A DNA stretch of 42,609 nt. It comes from an uncultured Eubacteriales bacterium. GTDB taxonomy: Bacteria > Bacillota > Clostridia > RGIG6154. The notes beneath the pieces were generated by a model. That model did not search any database, had not been told where the DNA came from, and saw nothing but the letters and a program-made list of their open reading frames with translations. Where the stretch lies: positions 1 through 42,609 of the forward strand of contig CAZMRY010000002.1 in assembly GCA_964568815.1 (NCBI GenBank). Reading direction: 5' to 3'. This document shows, one piece after another, positions 9,960 through 19,790 of this stretch (positions are counted from its first letter, which is position 1; each line of letters starts with the position of its first letter). A program made the position numbers and the translations under genes.

Positions 9960-11198
9960 ATGGTTAAAAGTATTGCTTTAAAGGCAAAAGAAGCTTCAAT
10001 GCAACTTTCATGTCTTGGAACTGATGTGAAAAATAAAATACTTATAAAATTTGCAGACTGTTTGATTTCAGACTGTCAGATGATTATAAATGCAAACAAA
10101 GCTGATGTAAAATCAGCTGAAACAAAAGGTATGAAATCTTCACTTATAGACAGACTTAAGCTTAACGAAGAAAGAATTAAGTCAATATCCGATGCTGTAA
10201 GAAAGATTGCAGATTTAAGCGACCCTGTTGGTGAAGCTGAAAGCTTTGTAAGACCAAACGGACTTAAAATTATAAAAAAACGAGTTCCTTTAGGTGTTGT
10301 TGGCGTTATATACGAAGCTAGACCAAATGTTACTGCTGATGTTACTGCAATTTGTATTAAAACAGGTAATGCAGTTGTTCTTAAAGGTGGAAGTGATGCA
10401 ATAAATTCAAATAAAGCAATTGTTGCATCAATGAAAAAAGCTCTTAAAAATGTTGGTGTTTCTGAAGATATTGTTATGCTAATTGAATCAACCGACAGAG
10501 AAAGCACAAACGAAATGCTGAAACTTAACGGGATAATCGATGTTTTAATTCCAAGAGGTGGAAGTGGACTCATAAAAAATGTTGTTGAAAATGCTACAAT
10601 TCCTGTTATAGAAACAGGTACAGGAAATTGTCATATATATATAGACGAATTTGCTGACATCGATAAGGCGGCAAAAATAATATTAAATGCAAAAACACAA
10701 AGAACAGGCGTTTGTAACGCAGCTGAATCACTTGTTATACATAAAAACATTGCAAATTTATTTTTACCGATTATTTTAAAAGAATTAAATAATTCAGGTG
10801 TTGAGATTTATGGATGCCCTGAAACTGTAAAGTATGCTGACTTTGTTAAAAAAGCTGCTGATGAAGATTATTATACTGAATATCTTGATATGAAGATTTC
10901 TGTCATAGTTATAAACAATTTTGATGATGCAGTTAAGCATATTAACGAACATAGCACAGGACATTCTGAGGCTATTATTACAGAAAACTATAACAATGCT
11001 ATGAGGTTTACTGAAAAAATTGATTCAGCTGCTGTGTATGTTAATGCATCAACAAGATTTACCGACGGTGGGGAATTTGGTTTTGGTGCAGAAATTGGAA
11101 TAAGCACTCAAAAGCTTCATGCAAGAGGACCGATGGGTTTAAAAGAAATGACAACATACAAATATATTATTTTAGGAAATGGAGAAATCAGAGAATGA
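9960..11198 (+). CDS. proA: glutamate-5-semialdehyde dehydrogenase
   Basis: 412 aa. VIYEARPNV, catalytic Cys region GVCNAAESL and STRFTDGGEFG. Confidence 0.95.
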   Translation: MVKSIALKAKEASMQLSCLGTDVKNKILIKFADCLISDCQMIINANKADVKSAETKGMKSSLIDRLKLNEERIKSISDAVRKIADLSDPVGEAESFVRPNGLKIIKKRVPLGVVGVIYEARPNVTADVTAICIKTGNAVVLKGGSDAINSNKAIVASMKKALKNVGVSEDIVMLIESTDRESTNEMLKLNGIIDVLIPRGGSGLIKNVVENATIPVIETGTGNCHIYIDEFADIDKAAKIILNAKTQRTGVCNAAESLVIHKNIANLFLPIILKELNNSGVEIYGCPETVKYADFVKKAADEDYYTEYLDMKISVIVINNFDDAVKHINEHSTGHSEAIITENYNNAMRFTEKIDSAAVYVNASTRFTDGGEFGFGAEIGISTQKLHARGPMGLKEMTTYKYIILGNGEIRE

Positions 11199-12451
11199 TA
11201 TATGTTCTACTTGGCTTAATTGTTGTTCTTTTAATTTTAAATATTATACAACTTACAAATTCATCATCAAAAGATAGTGATATGGAAAAAACACTTAAAT
11301 TGTTTTCCGATACCCTTGCTTCAGGGCAAAAACAGGTTGGGGAAGTACAAAGCGAAAGACTATCAGAGTTATCAGCACAGCTTTCTAAAAATCAGGAAAC
11401 TCTACATAAAACCTTGACAGAAATGTTAAAAAGTTATGATGAAAGACTTGTAGCTATAACTAAACATAATGATGAACAGCTTGAAAAAATCAGAAATACT
11501 ATGGAAGTAAAAATAAAATCACTTCAGGATGACAATAATAAAAAACTTGATGAGATGAGAGGAATTGTTGATACAAAACTTCAGGAAACTCTCAATGAAA
11601 GAATATCTAAGTCTTTCAGTATTGTTTCCGAAAGACTTGAACAAGTATACAAGGGTCTTGGTGAAATGCAAAGCCTTGCAACAGGCGTGGGCGATTTAAA
11701 AAGAACACTTACCAATGTTAAAACAAGAGGTATTTTAGGAGAAGTACAGCTTGGAAATATCCTTTCCGATATTCTTGCGGATGACCAATATGATGTTAAT
11801 GTAAATGTTAATCCTGAAAGCAGTACTGTCGTAGAATTTGCTGTTAAGTTTCCAGGGGGTAATGGTGATAAGATTTATTTGCCTATAGATGCGAAATTTC
11901 CTCTTGATGCGTACAATTCATTACTTGCAGCACAAGACAGCGGAGATGCAAATTCTATTGCTGCTGCAGGACGAGAATTTGAAAGCCGTATTAAAAAATC
12001 AGCTAAAGATATATCAACAAAATATATTTGTCCACCATATACAACTGATTTTGCATTAATGTTTTTGCCAACAGAAAGTATTTATTCTGAGGCGTTAAGA
12101 AGAGATTTAGCTGAATATACCCAAAACACATTAAATGTTGTTATTGTTGGTCCAACAAATATGGCTGCATTATTAAATAGTCTCAGAATGGGCTTTAAAA
12201 CACTTGCTATTCAAAAAAAATCAGGAGAAGTATGGAATGTACTTGGTGCAGTAAAAACTGAGTTCGGGAAATTTGCGGATGCACTGGAAAAAGCACAAAG
12301 CAAAATTGAAGGAGCAGGCGAAGAACTCAATAAGCTTGTTGGAACAAGAACAAGAATGATGATGAAAAAACTTGAATCTGTTACTGAACTTACAGATTCA
12401 GAAACCGATAAAATACTTGGCACTCCGGAGGATGAAGATGGAACTTTTTGA
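11195..12451 (+). CDS. rmuC: DNA recombination protein RmuC
   Basis: N-terminal TM, long coiled coil and a C-terminal RmuC nuclease-like region (LPIDAKFPL, MFLPTES). Confidence 0.88.
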   Translation: MIYVLLGLIVVLLILNIIQLTNSSSKDSDMEKTLKLFSDTLASGQKQVGEVQSERLSELSAQLSKNQETLHKTLTEMLKSYDERLVAITKHNDEQLEKIRNTMEVKIKSLQDDNNKKLDEMRGIVDTKLQETLNERISKSFSIVSERLEQVYKGLGEMQSLATGVGDLKRTLTNVKTRGILGEVQLGNILSDILADDQYDVNVNVNPESSTVVEFAVKFPGGNGDKIYLPIDAKFPLDAYNSLLAAQDSGDANSIAAAGREFESRIKKSAKDISTKYICPPYTTDFALMFLPTESIYSEALRRDLAEYTQNTLNVVIVGPTNMAALLNSLRMGFKTLAIQKKSGEVWNVLGAVKTEFGKFADALEKAQSKIEGAGEELNKLVGTRTRMMMKKLESVTELTDSETDKILGTPEDEDGTF

Positions 12452-12974
12452 AGAACTTATAAACAGTGATTATAAGTATAAAGGCAGAATTATTAATCTC
12501 AGAGAGGATGATGTAAGACTCCCTGATGGGCAATCGGCAAAAAGAGAAGTAATTGAACATCCTGGTGGTGTATCAATTCTTGCTATAACAGATGATAATA
12601 AAATACTGATGGTTGAGCAATTCAGAGCAGGTCCAAGAGTTGTAACTTTAGAGGTTCCTGCAGGAAAGCTTGAATATGGAGAAGACCCAAGAATATGCGG
12701 ACTAAGAGAACTTACTGAAGAAACAGGATATAAGGCAAATACTTTTGAGTTAGTTGGAAGTTTTTATCTTACACCGGGATATACAGATGAATTAATTTAT
12801 ATATATCTTGCAAAGGACTTGATTTTTGATAAAGTGAATCCTGATCAAGATGAATTTCTTAATATCAAATCTTATGATTACGATGAATTATTGCAAATGG
12901 TAAAAAACAACGAGATTAAAGATGCAAAAACAGTTATTTCTATACTTTTTGCAAGAGAATATATTTTGAGGTGA
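12432..12974 (+). CDS. NUDIX hydrolase (ADP-ribose pyrophosphatase-like)
   Basis: Nudix box GKLEYGEDPRICGLRELTEETGY. Start is ATG 12432 or 12438 after GGAG; the earlier track start overlaps rmuC. Confidence 0.85.
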   Translation: MKMELFEELINSDYKYKGRIINLREDDVRLPDGQSAKREVIEHPGGVSILAITDDNKILMVEQFRAGPRVVTLEVPAGKLEYGEDPRICGLRELTEETGYKANTFELVGSFYLTPGYTDELIYIYLAKDLIFDKVNPDQDEFLNIKSYDYDELLQMVKNNEIKDAKTVISILFAREYILR

Positions 12975-12978
12975 AAAT

Positions 12979-13344
12979 ATGGAAAATAGTAATAAAACAG
13001 TTATAAGACTTCTCGGGATTGATTACCCTGTAGCTTATAATGACTCAGAAGAAAGAGTTCAACAGATTGGTTTTTATGTTGATAAACAATTTAATGAAGT
13101 TAAGCTCAGAAATTCAAAACTCAGCACAACTATGATTGCAACACTTGCCGCAATTAATATTGCTGATGACTTATTTAAACAGAGAGAAGAAAATGCAAAT
13201 CTTATAAGTCAGACATCTGAATATATTAAAAGATGCGAAAAGCATGACAAAGAAACAAGAGAATTGCAGGCAAAAATTGATGAACAGGCTAATGAAATTC
13301 AGAGGCTTAAAATCGAAATTGCAAAGATAGAAATGAGAAGATAA
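12979..13344 (+). CDS. zapA: cell division protein ZapA
   Basis: 121 aa. N-terminal ZapA fold pattern (LLGIDYPV...) plus a C-terminal coiled coil. Confidence 0.78.
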   Translation: MENSNKTVIRLLGIDYPVAYNDSEERVQQIGFYVDKQFNEVKLRNSKLSTTMIATLAAINIADDLFKQREENANLISQTSEYIKRCEKHDKETRELQAKIDEQANEIQRLKIEIAKIEMRR

Positions 13345-13347
13345 ATT

Positions 13348-13797
13348 ATGAAAATCGATATAAAATTCGTCCCTTCCAAAGGCGGAAAAATTGTAAATAA
13401 ACCATTTTATGCTACACAAGGTAGTGCAGGTATTGATTTATCTGCTTGCCTTGATGAACCTGTTTTAATACCAAAAGGTGAAATAAGATTTATTCCAACA
13501 GGAATTGCCATTGCACTTCCATCTAATGAATATGTGGCGTATATATACGCCAGAAGCGGACTTTCATGTAAAAACGGAATAGCTCTTGCAAATTCTGTAG
13601 GAGTTATAGATAGTGATTACAGAGGCGAAATCAAATGTGCTCTTATCAATCACGGTAAAGAAGATTTTATAATTAATCATGGAGATAGAATTGCACAACT
13701 TGTTGTCGCTCCTGTTTGCATTGCTGAAATTGTGGTCAAGGATTGTCTTGATAATACAGAAAGAGGTATAGGCGGATTTGGTTCTACAGGTATTTAA
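13348..13797 (+). CDS. dut: dUTP diphosphatase
   Basis: AGIDL, GVIDSDYRGE and GDRIAQL motifs with a C-terminal RG.GGFGSTG. Confidence 0.92.
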   Translation: MKIDIKFVPSKGGKIVNKPFYATQGSAGIDLSACLDEPVLIPKGEIRFIPTGIAIALPSNEYVAYIYARSGLSCKNGIALANSVGVIDSDYRGEIKCALINHGKEDFIINHGDRIAQLVVAPVCIAEIVVKDCLDNTERGIGGFGSTGI

Positions 13798-14146
13798 AAG
13801 ATTTAAATTCTGGGATATACTTATTATTTGTATAACTTTGGTATTGTCTTTGTCGATTTTTATTTCACTTCCAAAGAACAAAAGCGGCGTTATAGAAATT
13901 TCAGTTAATGGTGAAATATATGGCACGTATCCTATATTTGAAGATAAAACTATTGATGTACATACAAAATATGGAAATTTAACTGTTTGTGTAAAAAAAC
14001 AAAGAGTAAGCATTAAAAATTCGGATTGTAAAGATAAAGAATGTATGAATCAAAAGAACATAACAAAAAAAGGGCAGATGCTTATTTGTCTTCCTCTTAA
14101 AGTTATAGTACAAATTGGTGGTAATGAGTATGAATATGCGTACTAA
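13778..14146 (+). CDS. NusG domain II-containing small membrane protein
   Basis: N-terminal TM, then beta-rich region with C..K.C and ICLPLKV motifs. Usually paired with the following Gx transporter gene. TTG start. Confidence 0.65.
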   Translation: MVLQVFKRFKFWDILIICITLVLSLSIFISLPKNKSGVIEISVNGEIYGTYPIFEDKTIDVHTKYGNLTVCVKKQRVSIKNSDCKDKECMNQKNITKKGQMLICLPLKVIVQIGGNEYEYAY

Positions 14147-14621
14147 AAGAATAACCAAAATGGCTACGCTTGTTGCTATTGGTATTATTTTAGGATATAT
14201 TGAAAGCTTGATTAATATTATACCTATAAGCGGTGTCAAAATCGGATTATCAAATGCTGTTATATTGTATTGTATATACAATAATTGTTCGTATGTTGAT
14301 ACGCTTTTGGTGGTAGCGTTAAAAAGTGTTTTAAACGGACTGTTATTTAATGGTATTATGAGCATTATATATTCATTATCAGCCGCACTTGTATCATTGT
14401 TTTGTATGTATTATGCTTACAAAAACATCAAGAGCATAAGCATATATGGTATCAGTATGTTAGGAAGTTGCTCTTTTAATATTGTTCAGTTTTTAGTAGC
14501 TTCAATATTGCTTAACAGTTTTACAATTATGATGAACTTATGGTATGTGTTGCCAATCTCTTTGATTACTGGGTTGCTGCTTGGTGAAGTTTTTAGGATT
14601 ATATTTTTAAAGGATAGTTGA
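14130..14621 (+). CDS. Gx transporter family protein (heptaprenyl diphosphate synthase component I-like membrane protein)
   Basis: Polytopic membrane protein with IESLINIIPISGVKIGLSNAV motif. Start chosen after GGTGGT; 14115-14136 are alternatives. Confidence 0.68.
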   Translation: MNMRTKRITKMATLVAIGIILGYIESLINIIPISGVKIGLSNAVILYCIYNNCSYVDTLLVVALKSVLNGLLFNGIMSIIYSLSAALVSLFCMYYAYKNIKSISIYGISMLGSCSFNIVQFLVASILLNSFTIMMNLWYVLPISLITGLLLGEVFRIIFLKDS

Positions 14622-14622
14622 T

Positions 14623-15444
14623 ATGAACAAAGGAATTAAATTTACAATTATTGCAGTATTACTGATTACTGTGATATTAATATCTATATTTACACCTTTT
14701 TTAAATAAAATTGGTGGCCTGTTAAGTTATTGTTTTACTCCCATACAAAGCGGAGTAACTGTTGCACTCAATAGCACAAGTGAATTTTTCAGCAGTTTTG
14801 GTAAAAATGCTTATTTAACAGAGCAGAATAAACTTTTACAAGAAGAAATAGATAAATTAAAAACAGAAAATGCAGAAGCTGTTCGCATTAAGAATGAAAA
14901 TGATTCTTTAAAAGAACTTCTTAATATCAAAAATAATAAGTACAAAGAAAATGCAGAAGCGGCTATTGTTATTGCAAAAGAAGCAGGTAATTGGTTTAAT
15001 GTATTTACTGTTAATAAAGGTGAAAGTAAAAATATTAACGAAAATTGTACTGTAATTAATAATAAGGGTTTAATAGGAAGAGTAACTAATTCAACTTCAA
15101 ATTCTGCTAATGTTATTACTATTCTTGACCCTAATCATTCGGTAAGCGGAATGATTAGCAGAACAGGGGATTTAGTTCAGATTGATGGCAACTTTGCACT
15201 AATGAAAGATGGATTGTGTAAAATGACCGTTATTACTGAAAATGCTGATATAATGATTGGTGATACAGTTGAAACCTCAGGTGTTGGCGGTATATATCCC
15301 AGAGGAATAATGATAGGTATAGTTAAGGAATTTAAAAATAATGAAGAAGGTACAGGACAGTATGCTATATTAGAACCGTATGTTGATTTTCAGCATATTT
15401 ACGAAGTTTTGATATTATTACCTGATCATGAGGTGAGTGAGTAG
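14623..15444 (+). CDS. mreC: rod shape-determining protein MreC
   Basis: TM, coiled coil and C-terminal beta domains (GLIGRV, SGVGGIYPRG..IG). Confidence 0.9.
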   Translation: MNKGIKFTIIAVLLITVILISIFTPFLNKIGGLLSYCFTPIQSGVTVALNSTSEFFSSFGKNAYLTEQNKLLQEEIDKLKTENAEAVRIKNENDSLKELLNIKNNKYKENAEAAIVIAKEAGNWFNVFTVNKGESKNINENCTVINNKGLIGRVTNSTSNSANVITILDPNHSVSGMISRTGDLVQIDGNFALMKDGLCKMTVITENADIMIGDTVETSGVGGIYPRGIMIGIVKEFKNNEEGTGQYAILEPYVDFQHIYEVLILLPDHEVSE

Positions 15445-15935
15445 TGAAAAAATATATGAACATCATCATTACACTATTACTTATTTTATTGCAGGTAACA
15501 ATATTAAACAGAATTAAGATATTTGGAATAAATTATAATATGGCACTTGTGAGTGTAATTATTGTTTCGGCTTTAAGTGAAAATAAAATCGCAATTATAA
15601 ACTCAATAATAGCAGGAATATTATATGATATTTTTGCTTGTTATAATGTGGGTTGGCATTTAGTTATGTTTTTAATAATTACTGTTTTTATGAGCTTAAT
15701 GGTAAAATATATGTATCAGGGAAGTATGATTACAGTAGCGATTTTAACTGCTATTTTTACAATTATAACTGAGCTGATTTTATACAACTTTGGATATGCT
15801 GCACCTCAAAATTGCGGATCTTTTGCATTTTTGAGATTCATTTTACCACAAACAATTATTAACACATTACTTTCAGTTATATTATTCCCATTGTTTAAAA
15901 AAATCAATAAAAGCAAGAATAAGTACAATTATTAG
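15444..15935 (+). CDS. mreD: rod shape-determining protein MreD
   Basis: 163-aa polytopic membrane protein directly after mreC (taGTG overlap, GAGGTGAG RBS). Confidence 0.75.
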   Translation: MKKYMNIIITLLLILLQVTILNRIKIFGINYNMALVSVIIVSALSENKIAIINSIIAGILYDIFACYNVGWHLVMFLIITVFMSLMVKYMYQGSMITVAILTAIFTIITELILYNFGYAAPQNCGSFAFLRFILPQTIINTLLSVILFPLFKKINKSKNKYNY

Positions 15936-15943
15936 GAGATTTT

Positions 15944-17947
15944 ATGCATTACAATAGACAATCAAGACTGTTATTTTTAATGTTAATATTTATAATTATG
16001 TTTATTTGCTGTGCAATAAAACTTTTCAATCTTCAGGTTGTTAATGGCGAAGAACTCAGAAAAGTTTCAGAAGATAAACTCTATATGTCTATGTCTATAA
16101 AAGCTCCAAGAGGAGATATTGTTGACAGATATGGTAAAAAACTTGCCACAAGTAAGATAGGTTATTCTCTGCAATTAGAAAAAACATCTGCCACAAGAAA
16201 AGAATTCGCAGAAGTTGTATATCATCTTATTAAATTATTGGGAAATGAACTGGAAATCACAGATCAGTTACCAATAACTATGGAAAAACCCTTTGAATTT
16301 ACTATAGAAAACGCAAAACAAAAAGAATGGAAGAAAAAATACGGTCTTGATGAAAATTTAACCGCAGAAGAAACTGTTTTAAAGCTTGCTGATATCTATG
16401 ACGTAAATGAATATTATACAAACGAGGAAAAAAGAAGGGTATGCGGATTTATTTTTGATACTAAGCTTCGTGGGTTCAGTATATACAATCCATATACTGT
16501 TGCGGAAGATGTGTCCGCAGGTATAGTTGCTATTGTGAAAGAAAACAGTGATATATTAGATGGAGTAAAAATTGTTGAATCAAGCGTAAGAGTATATCCT
16601 AATGGAACCTTTGCAGCCCATACACTAGGCTCTGTTGGTGTAATATATCAGGAAGAATATGAAAAACTCAAAGATAAAAACTACAGCATGGATGCAATAA
16701 TCGGAAAACAAGGTGTTGAATTTGCTTTTGAAGATTATCTCAAAGGTACTGACGGAATTAAAGGATTTGAGCAGACACTTGATGGTTTAAGTGATGTAGT
16801 TACATCTACTCCTGCTAAAAAAGGAGATAATGTATATCTTACAATTGATTATAATATCCAGTATGCAATGGAAAAAGCTTTAGAGCAAACTATAAAAAAT
16901 ATACAACAAAGTGTTAGTGACTGTGACGCAGGAAGTGCTGTTTGTATAGATGTAACATCTGGGGAAATACTTGGTATAGCATCTTATCCATCATACATTC
17001 CTTCTGAATATAATAAAAAATATAATGAACTCATTAAAAATCCTGCAAATCCTGTTTGGAACAGAGCAATAGGCGGAGCCTATGAGCCAGGTTCAACCTT
17101 TAAGATGCTCACAGGTATAGCAGCACTTGAAGAGGGTGTGATTGAGCCATATGCTACAATACTTGATGAAGGTGTATATAAATATTATAACGACTACAGA
17201 CCACAGTGCATGGAATGGAAATATGGCAGAACGCACGGATATGTAGATATGGCGAAAGCACTGGAAAAATCTTGCAATTATTATTTCTTTGATATTGGCA
17301 GAAGACTTGGAATAGATAAATTAATTGAATATGAAAAGAAATTTGGGTTTGGTACAAAAACAGGTATTGAAATAGGTGGTGAAGTTTCAGGAGTAATAGC
17401 TTCACCTGAATATCGTAAAAAAATGGGTGGCACATGGAATCCCGGTGATGTTCTTCAGGCATCTATTGGGCAGTCTGATAATCTTATCACGCCAATTCAG
17501 CTTGCAAATTATGTAGCAACAATAGCAAATGGCGGAACACTTTATCAACCTCATCTGCTTAAATATGTTAAAGATTCAGAAACCGGTGATGTTATAAAAG
17601 AACAGAAACCTGTTGTTAAGAGTGAAATTAAACTTAAACCTGAAACTGTTGATGTGATAAAAAAAGGTATGAGGAGAGTTGCGGATGAAGGTACAGCAAG
17701 TTCAGTATTTTCAGACTTTTTTATCGAGGTTGCAGGAAAAACAGGAACAGCAGAAGTAAGCCGAGGTTCAAATAATGGTATATTTGTTGCTTTTGCACCT
17801 TATGATAATCCTAAAATAGCAATTGCTGTTGTTATAGAACATGGTACAGGCGGTTATCTTGCTGCACCTGTTGCAAAGGCTGTTTTTGAAGAATACTTTG
17901 GCGAAAAAGTCATTGATGATATTTATGAAGTTAAAAAACTAAAATAA
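15944..17947 (+). CDS. mrdA: penicillin-binding protein 2 (elongasome class B PBP)
   Basis: STFK, SCN and KTGTA motifs; N-terminal TM; positioned after mreCD. Confidence 0.9.
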   Translation: MHYNRQSRLLFLMLIFIIMFICCAIKLFNLQVVNGEELRKVSEDKLYMSMSIKAPRGDIVDRYGKKLATSKIGYSLQLEKTSATRKEFAEVVYHLIKLLGNELEITDQLPITMEKPFEFTIENAKQKEWKKKYGLDENLTAEETVLKLADIYDVNEYYTNEEKRRVCGFIFDTKLRGFSIYNPYTVAEDVSAGIVAIVKENSDILDGVKIVESSVRVYPNGTFAAHTLGSVGVIYQEEYEKLKDKNYSMDAIIGKQGVEFAFEDYLKGTDGIKGFEQTLDGLSDVVTSTPAKKGDNVYLTIDYNIQYAMEKALEQTIKNIQQSVSDCDAGSAVCIDVTSGEILGIASYPSYIPSEYNKKYNELIKNPANPVWNRAIGGAYEPGSTFKMLTGIAALEEGVIEPYATILDEGVYKYYNDYRPQCMEWKYGRTHGYVDMAKALEKSCNYYFFDIGRRLGIDKLIEYEKKFGFGTKTGIEIGGEVSGVIASPEYRKKMGGTWNPGDVLQASIGQSDNLITPIQLANYVATIANGGTLYQPHLLKYVKDSETGDVIKEQKPVVKSEIKLKPETVDVIKKGMRRVADEGTASSVFSDFFIEVAGKTGTAEVSRGSNNGIFVAFAPYDNPKIAIAVVIEHGTGGYLAAPVAKAVFEEYFGEKVIDDIYEVKKLK

Positions 17948-17958
17948 TGGAGATAAAT

Positions 17959-18732
17959 ATGGGTAAATCTATTTTGATAGCATCAGGAAAAGGCGGTGTT
18001 GGTAAAACAACGCTTACAGCTAATCTTGGCATTGCTTTAGCAAACCTTGGTAAAGATGTTTTGCTGATTGATAATGATATGGGACTCAGAAATTTAGACC
18101 TTGCTTTAGGTGTAGAAAACAGCGTTTTCTATGATATTGCAGATGTGATCAGTGAAGATTGCAAGGTGAGAGAGGCTATAATTAAATTTGATAAATCTGA
18201 AAAGCTTTCTTTTATTGCAGCTTCACAGTTTAAAGATGATTTTCAGATTGATGAAAACAAATACAAGGCATTAATAACTAAACTTAAGGAAAAATATGAT
18301 TATATACTTATAGATTGTCCTGCAGGAATTGGTGTTAATCTTAATAATGCTGCGGCAGTTTGTGATATGGCGTTGGTAGTTGTAAATCCGGACCCGTATT
18401 CGTTGAGAGATGCAGATAAGTTAGCATCTTTGTTTGAAAAATATGACAATTTAAAAGATGTTCGTCTTGTTATAAACAGAATGAGAAAAGAACTTATTAA
18501 CAGTGGAATAATGCTTAATATAGACAGTATTATCGAGGCTCTTGGTATAAGACTTGCAGGAGTTATTATGGAAGATTCTAAAGTTATTGAGGCTTCTATT
18601 AAAGGAGAACCAATTATTACTAATCCTAAAGATAAAACCGCTAAAAGCTTTAATGCAATTGCACTCAGAATACTTGGTAATAATATCCCAATTACAGAAA
18701 TTAAAACTAAAAAGAGATTTCTTTTCTTTTAG
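17959..18732 (+). CDS. minD: septum site-determining ATPase MinD
   Basis: Deviant Walker A SGKGGVGKTT and C-terminal amphipathic tail KKRFLFF. ATG 17959 after GGAG aligns with MinD N-termini (the track start at 17947 is possible). Confidence 0.88.
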   Translation: MGKSILIASGKGGVGKTTLTANLGIALANLGKDVLLIDNDMGLRNLDLALGVENSVFYDIADVISEDCKVREAIIKFDKSEKLSFIAASQFKDDFQIDENKYKALITKLKEKYDYILIDCPAGIGVNLNNAAAVCDMALVVVNPDPYSLRDADKLASLFEKYDNLKDVRLVINRMRKELINSGIMLNIDSIIEALGIRLAGVIMEDSKVIEASIKGEPIITNPKDKTAKSFNAIALRILGNNIPITEIKTKKRFLFF

Positions 18733-18777
18733 CATATAAAGCTTATCTTTCTTATATAAATTACTGAGGTGATTTAT

Positions 18778-19032
18778 ATGAAACAGTATGCTTTTAAAAG
18801 AAAAGAGGAAGATAAAGTAAATTCTTTCTATGCCAAACTTTTAATTACAACTGTCATCTTTTGTGTTGTAACTATTATCTGTAACCTGAACCAGAATTTC
18901 AAAGAACCTATAAAAGAAATATTATACAGTTCATATGACTTTCAGCAAATCAAAATACAAACAGAATTTTATTTAGACAAATGCAAAGAATTTGTTATGG
19001 ACATTAAAAATTCGGTATATCGGGAGGAATAG
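18778..19032 (+). CDS. hypothetical single-pass membrane protein (occupies the spoIVFA position)
   Basis: 84 aa with one TM (LLITTVIFCVVTIICNL). ATG 8 nt after GAGG. No recognisable family. Confidence 0.5.
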   Translation: MKQYAFKRKEEDKVNSFYAKLLITTVIFCVVTIICNLNQNFKEPIKEILYSSYDFQQIKIQTEFYLDKCKEFVMDIKNSVYREE

Positions 19033-19061
19033 TTATAATTTCGTTTTCTCCTGTTATTGTT

Positions 19062-19790
19062 GTGGTTATAGTTTTTGCTGTTATTACAGAAAGCCTTGAC
19101 TATTATTTAATAGCATTAGTTTCGGCTGTTTTACACGAATCAGGACATCTTGCAGCCGCAAAATTACTTGGATATAATATTGAAAGGATTAGTGTTTTAC
19201 CTGTTGGAATCAATGGAAAAATCAAGGAAAATATACATAGTAAGGCTGACAACTTCATAATTGCAGTTGCAGGACCTCTTGTTAATCTTATATTGGTTAT
19301 GATTTCGTCAGTTTATAGTTCAATACATATTTGTTTGTGCAATCTATATATGATGATACTTAATTTTTTACCGATTCCACCGCTTGACGGAAGCAGAGTG
19401 TGCAATTCGTTTTTTGACAAAGAGATATATATAAATATTAGTCAATGTGTTGCATACTTTGTTATTGTGATGACGGTATTACTGGACTTCCTGAATAATA
19501 AAAAAATTAATGTGATGCTTATCTGGATTATTGTTTTCACATTGTTTTCAGGTCATAATGCAGAGAGGAAAGAAGAAAGAATTAAACCTGTTTTTATAAG
19601 TTCAAATGACAAGGTATATGAATTATTAAAATGCAAAAATAGTTTGTTTATAATATGTGAAAATGACAGTATACTTGGTTATTTAAAATACGATGATATA
19701 TATAATGCCGCAATTGATGGGTTATATTTCTTAAATACAAAAGAATTAATAGCAGAAAGGACTAAAAATGGATATCAGAGAATTAGATAA
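19062..19790 (+). CDS. spoIVFB: site-2 (M50) intramembrane metalloprotease, SpoIVFB-like
   Basis: HESGH zinc motif and NFLPIPPLDG motif in TM segments, with a C-terminal CBS-like region. Synteny after minD as in Bacillus. Start uncertain: GTG 19062, or ATA/ATT at 19035/19038 after GGAGG 19023-19027. Confidence 0.78.
   Translation: MVIVFAVITESLDYYLIALVSAVLHESGHLAAAKLLGYNIERISVLPVGINGKIKENIHSKADNFIIAVAGPLVNLILVMISSVYSSIHICLCNLYMMILNFLPIPPLDGSRVCNSFFDKEIYINISQCVAYFVIVMTVLLDFLNNKKINVMLIWIIVFTLFSGHNAERKEERIKPVFISSNDKVYELLKCKNSLFIICENDSILGYLKYDDIYNAAIDGLYFLNTKELIAERTKNGYQRIR

Noticed and set aside
10076-10573. Long antisense or alternative-frame ORFs in the track (for example 1649-1858, 4672-4959, 7135-7428, 9527-9880, 10076-10573, 13564-14013, 13979-14365, 17154-17462, 34294-34986 and 40242-40535)
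   Set aside because: All lie inside strongly supported sense genes with clear family motifs. They have low-complexity or Ser/Ile/Phe-rich translations typical of shadow ORFs in AT-rich DNA, and they lack RBSs.
18778-19032. Small ORF after minD as MinE
   Set aside because: It has a central TM helix and no MinE-like N-terminal amphipathic or anti-MinCD sequence. Its position matches spoIVFA rather than minE.
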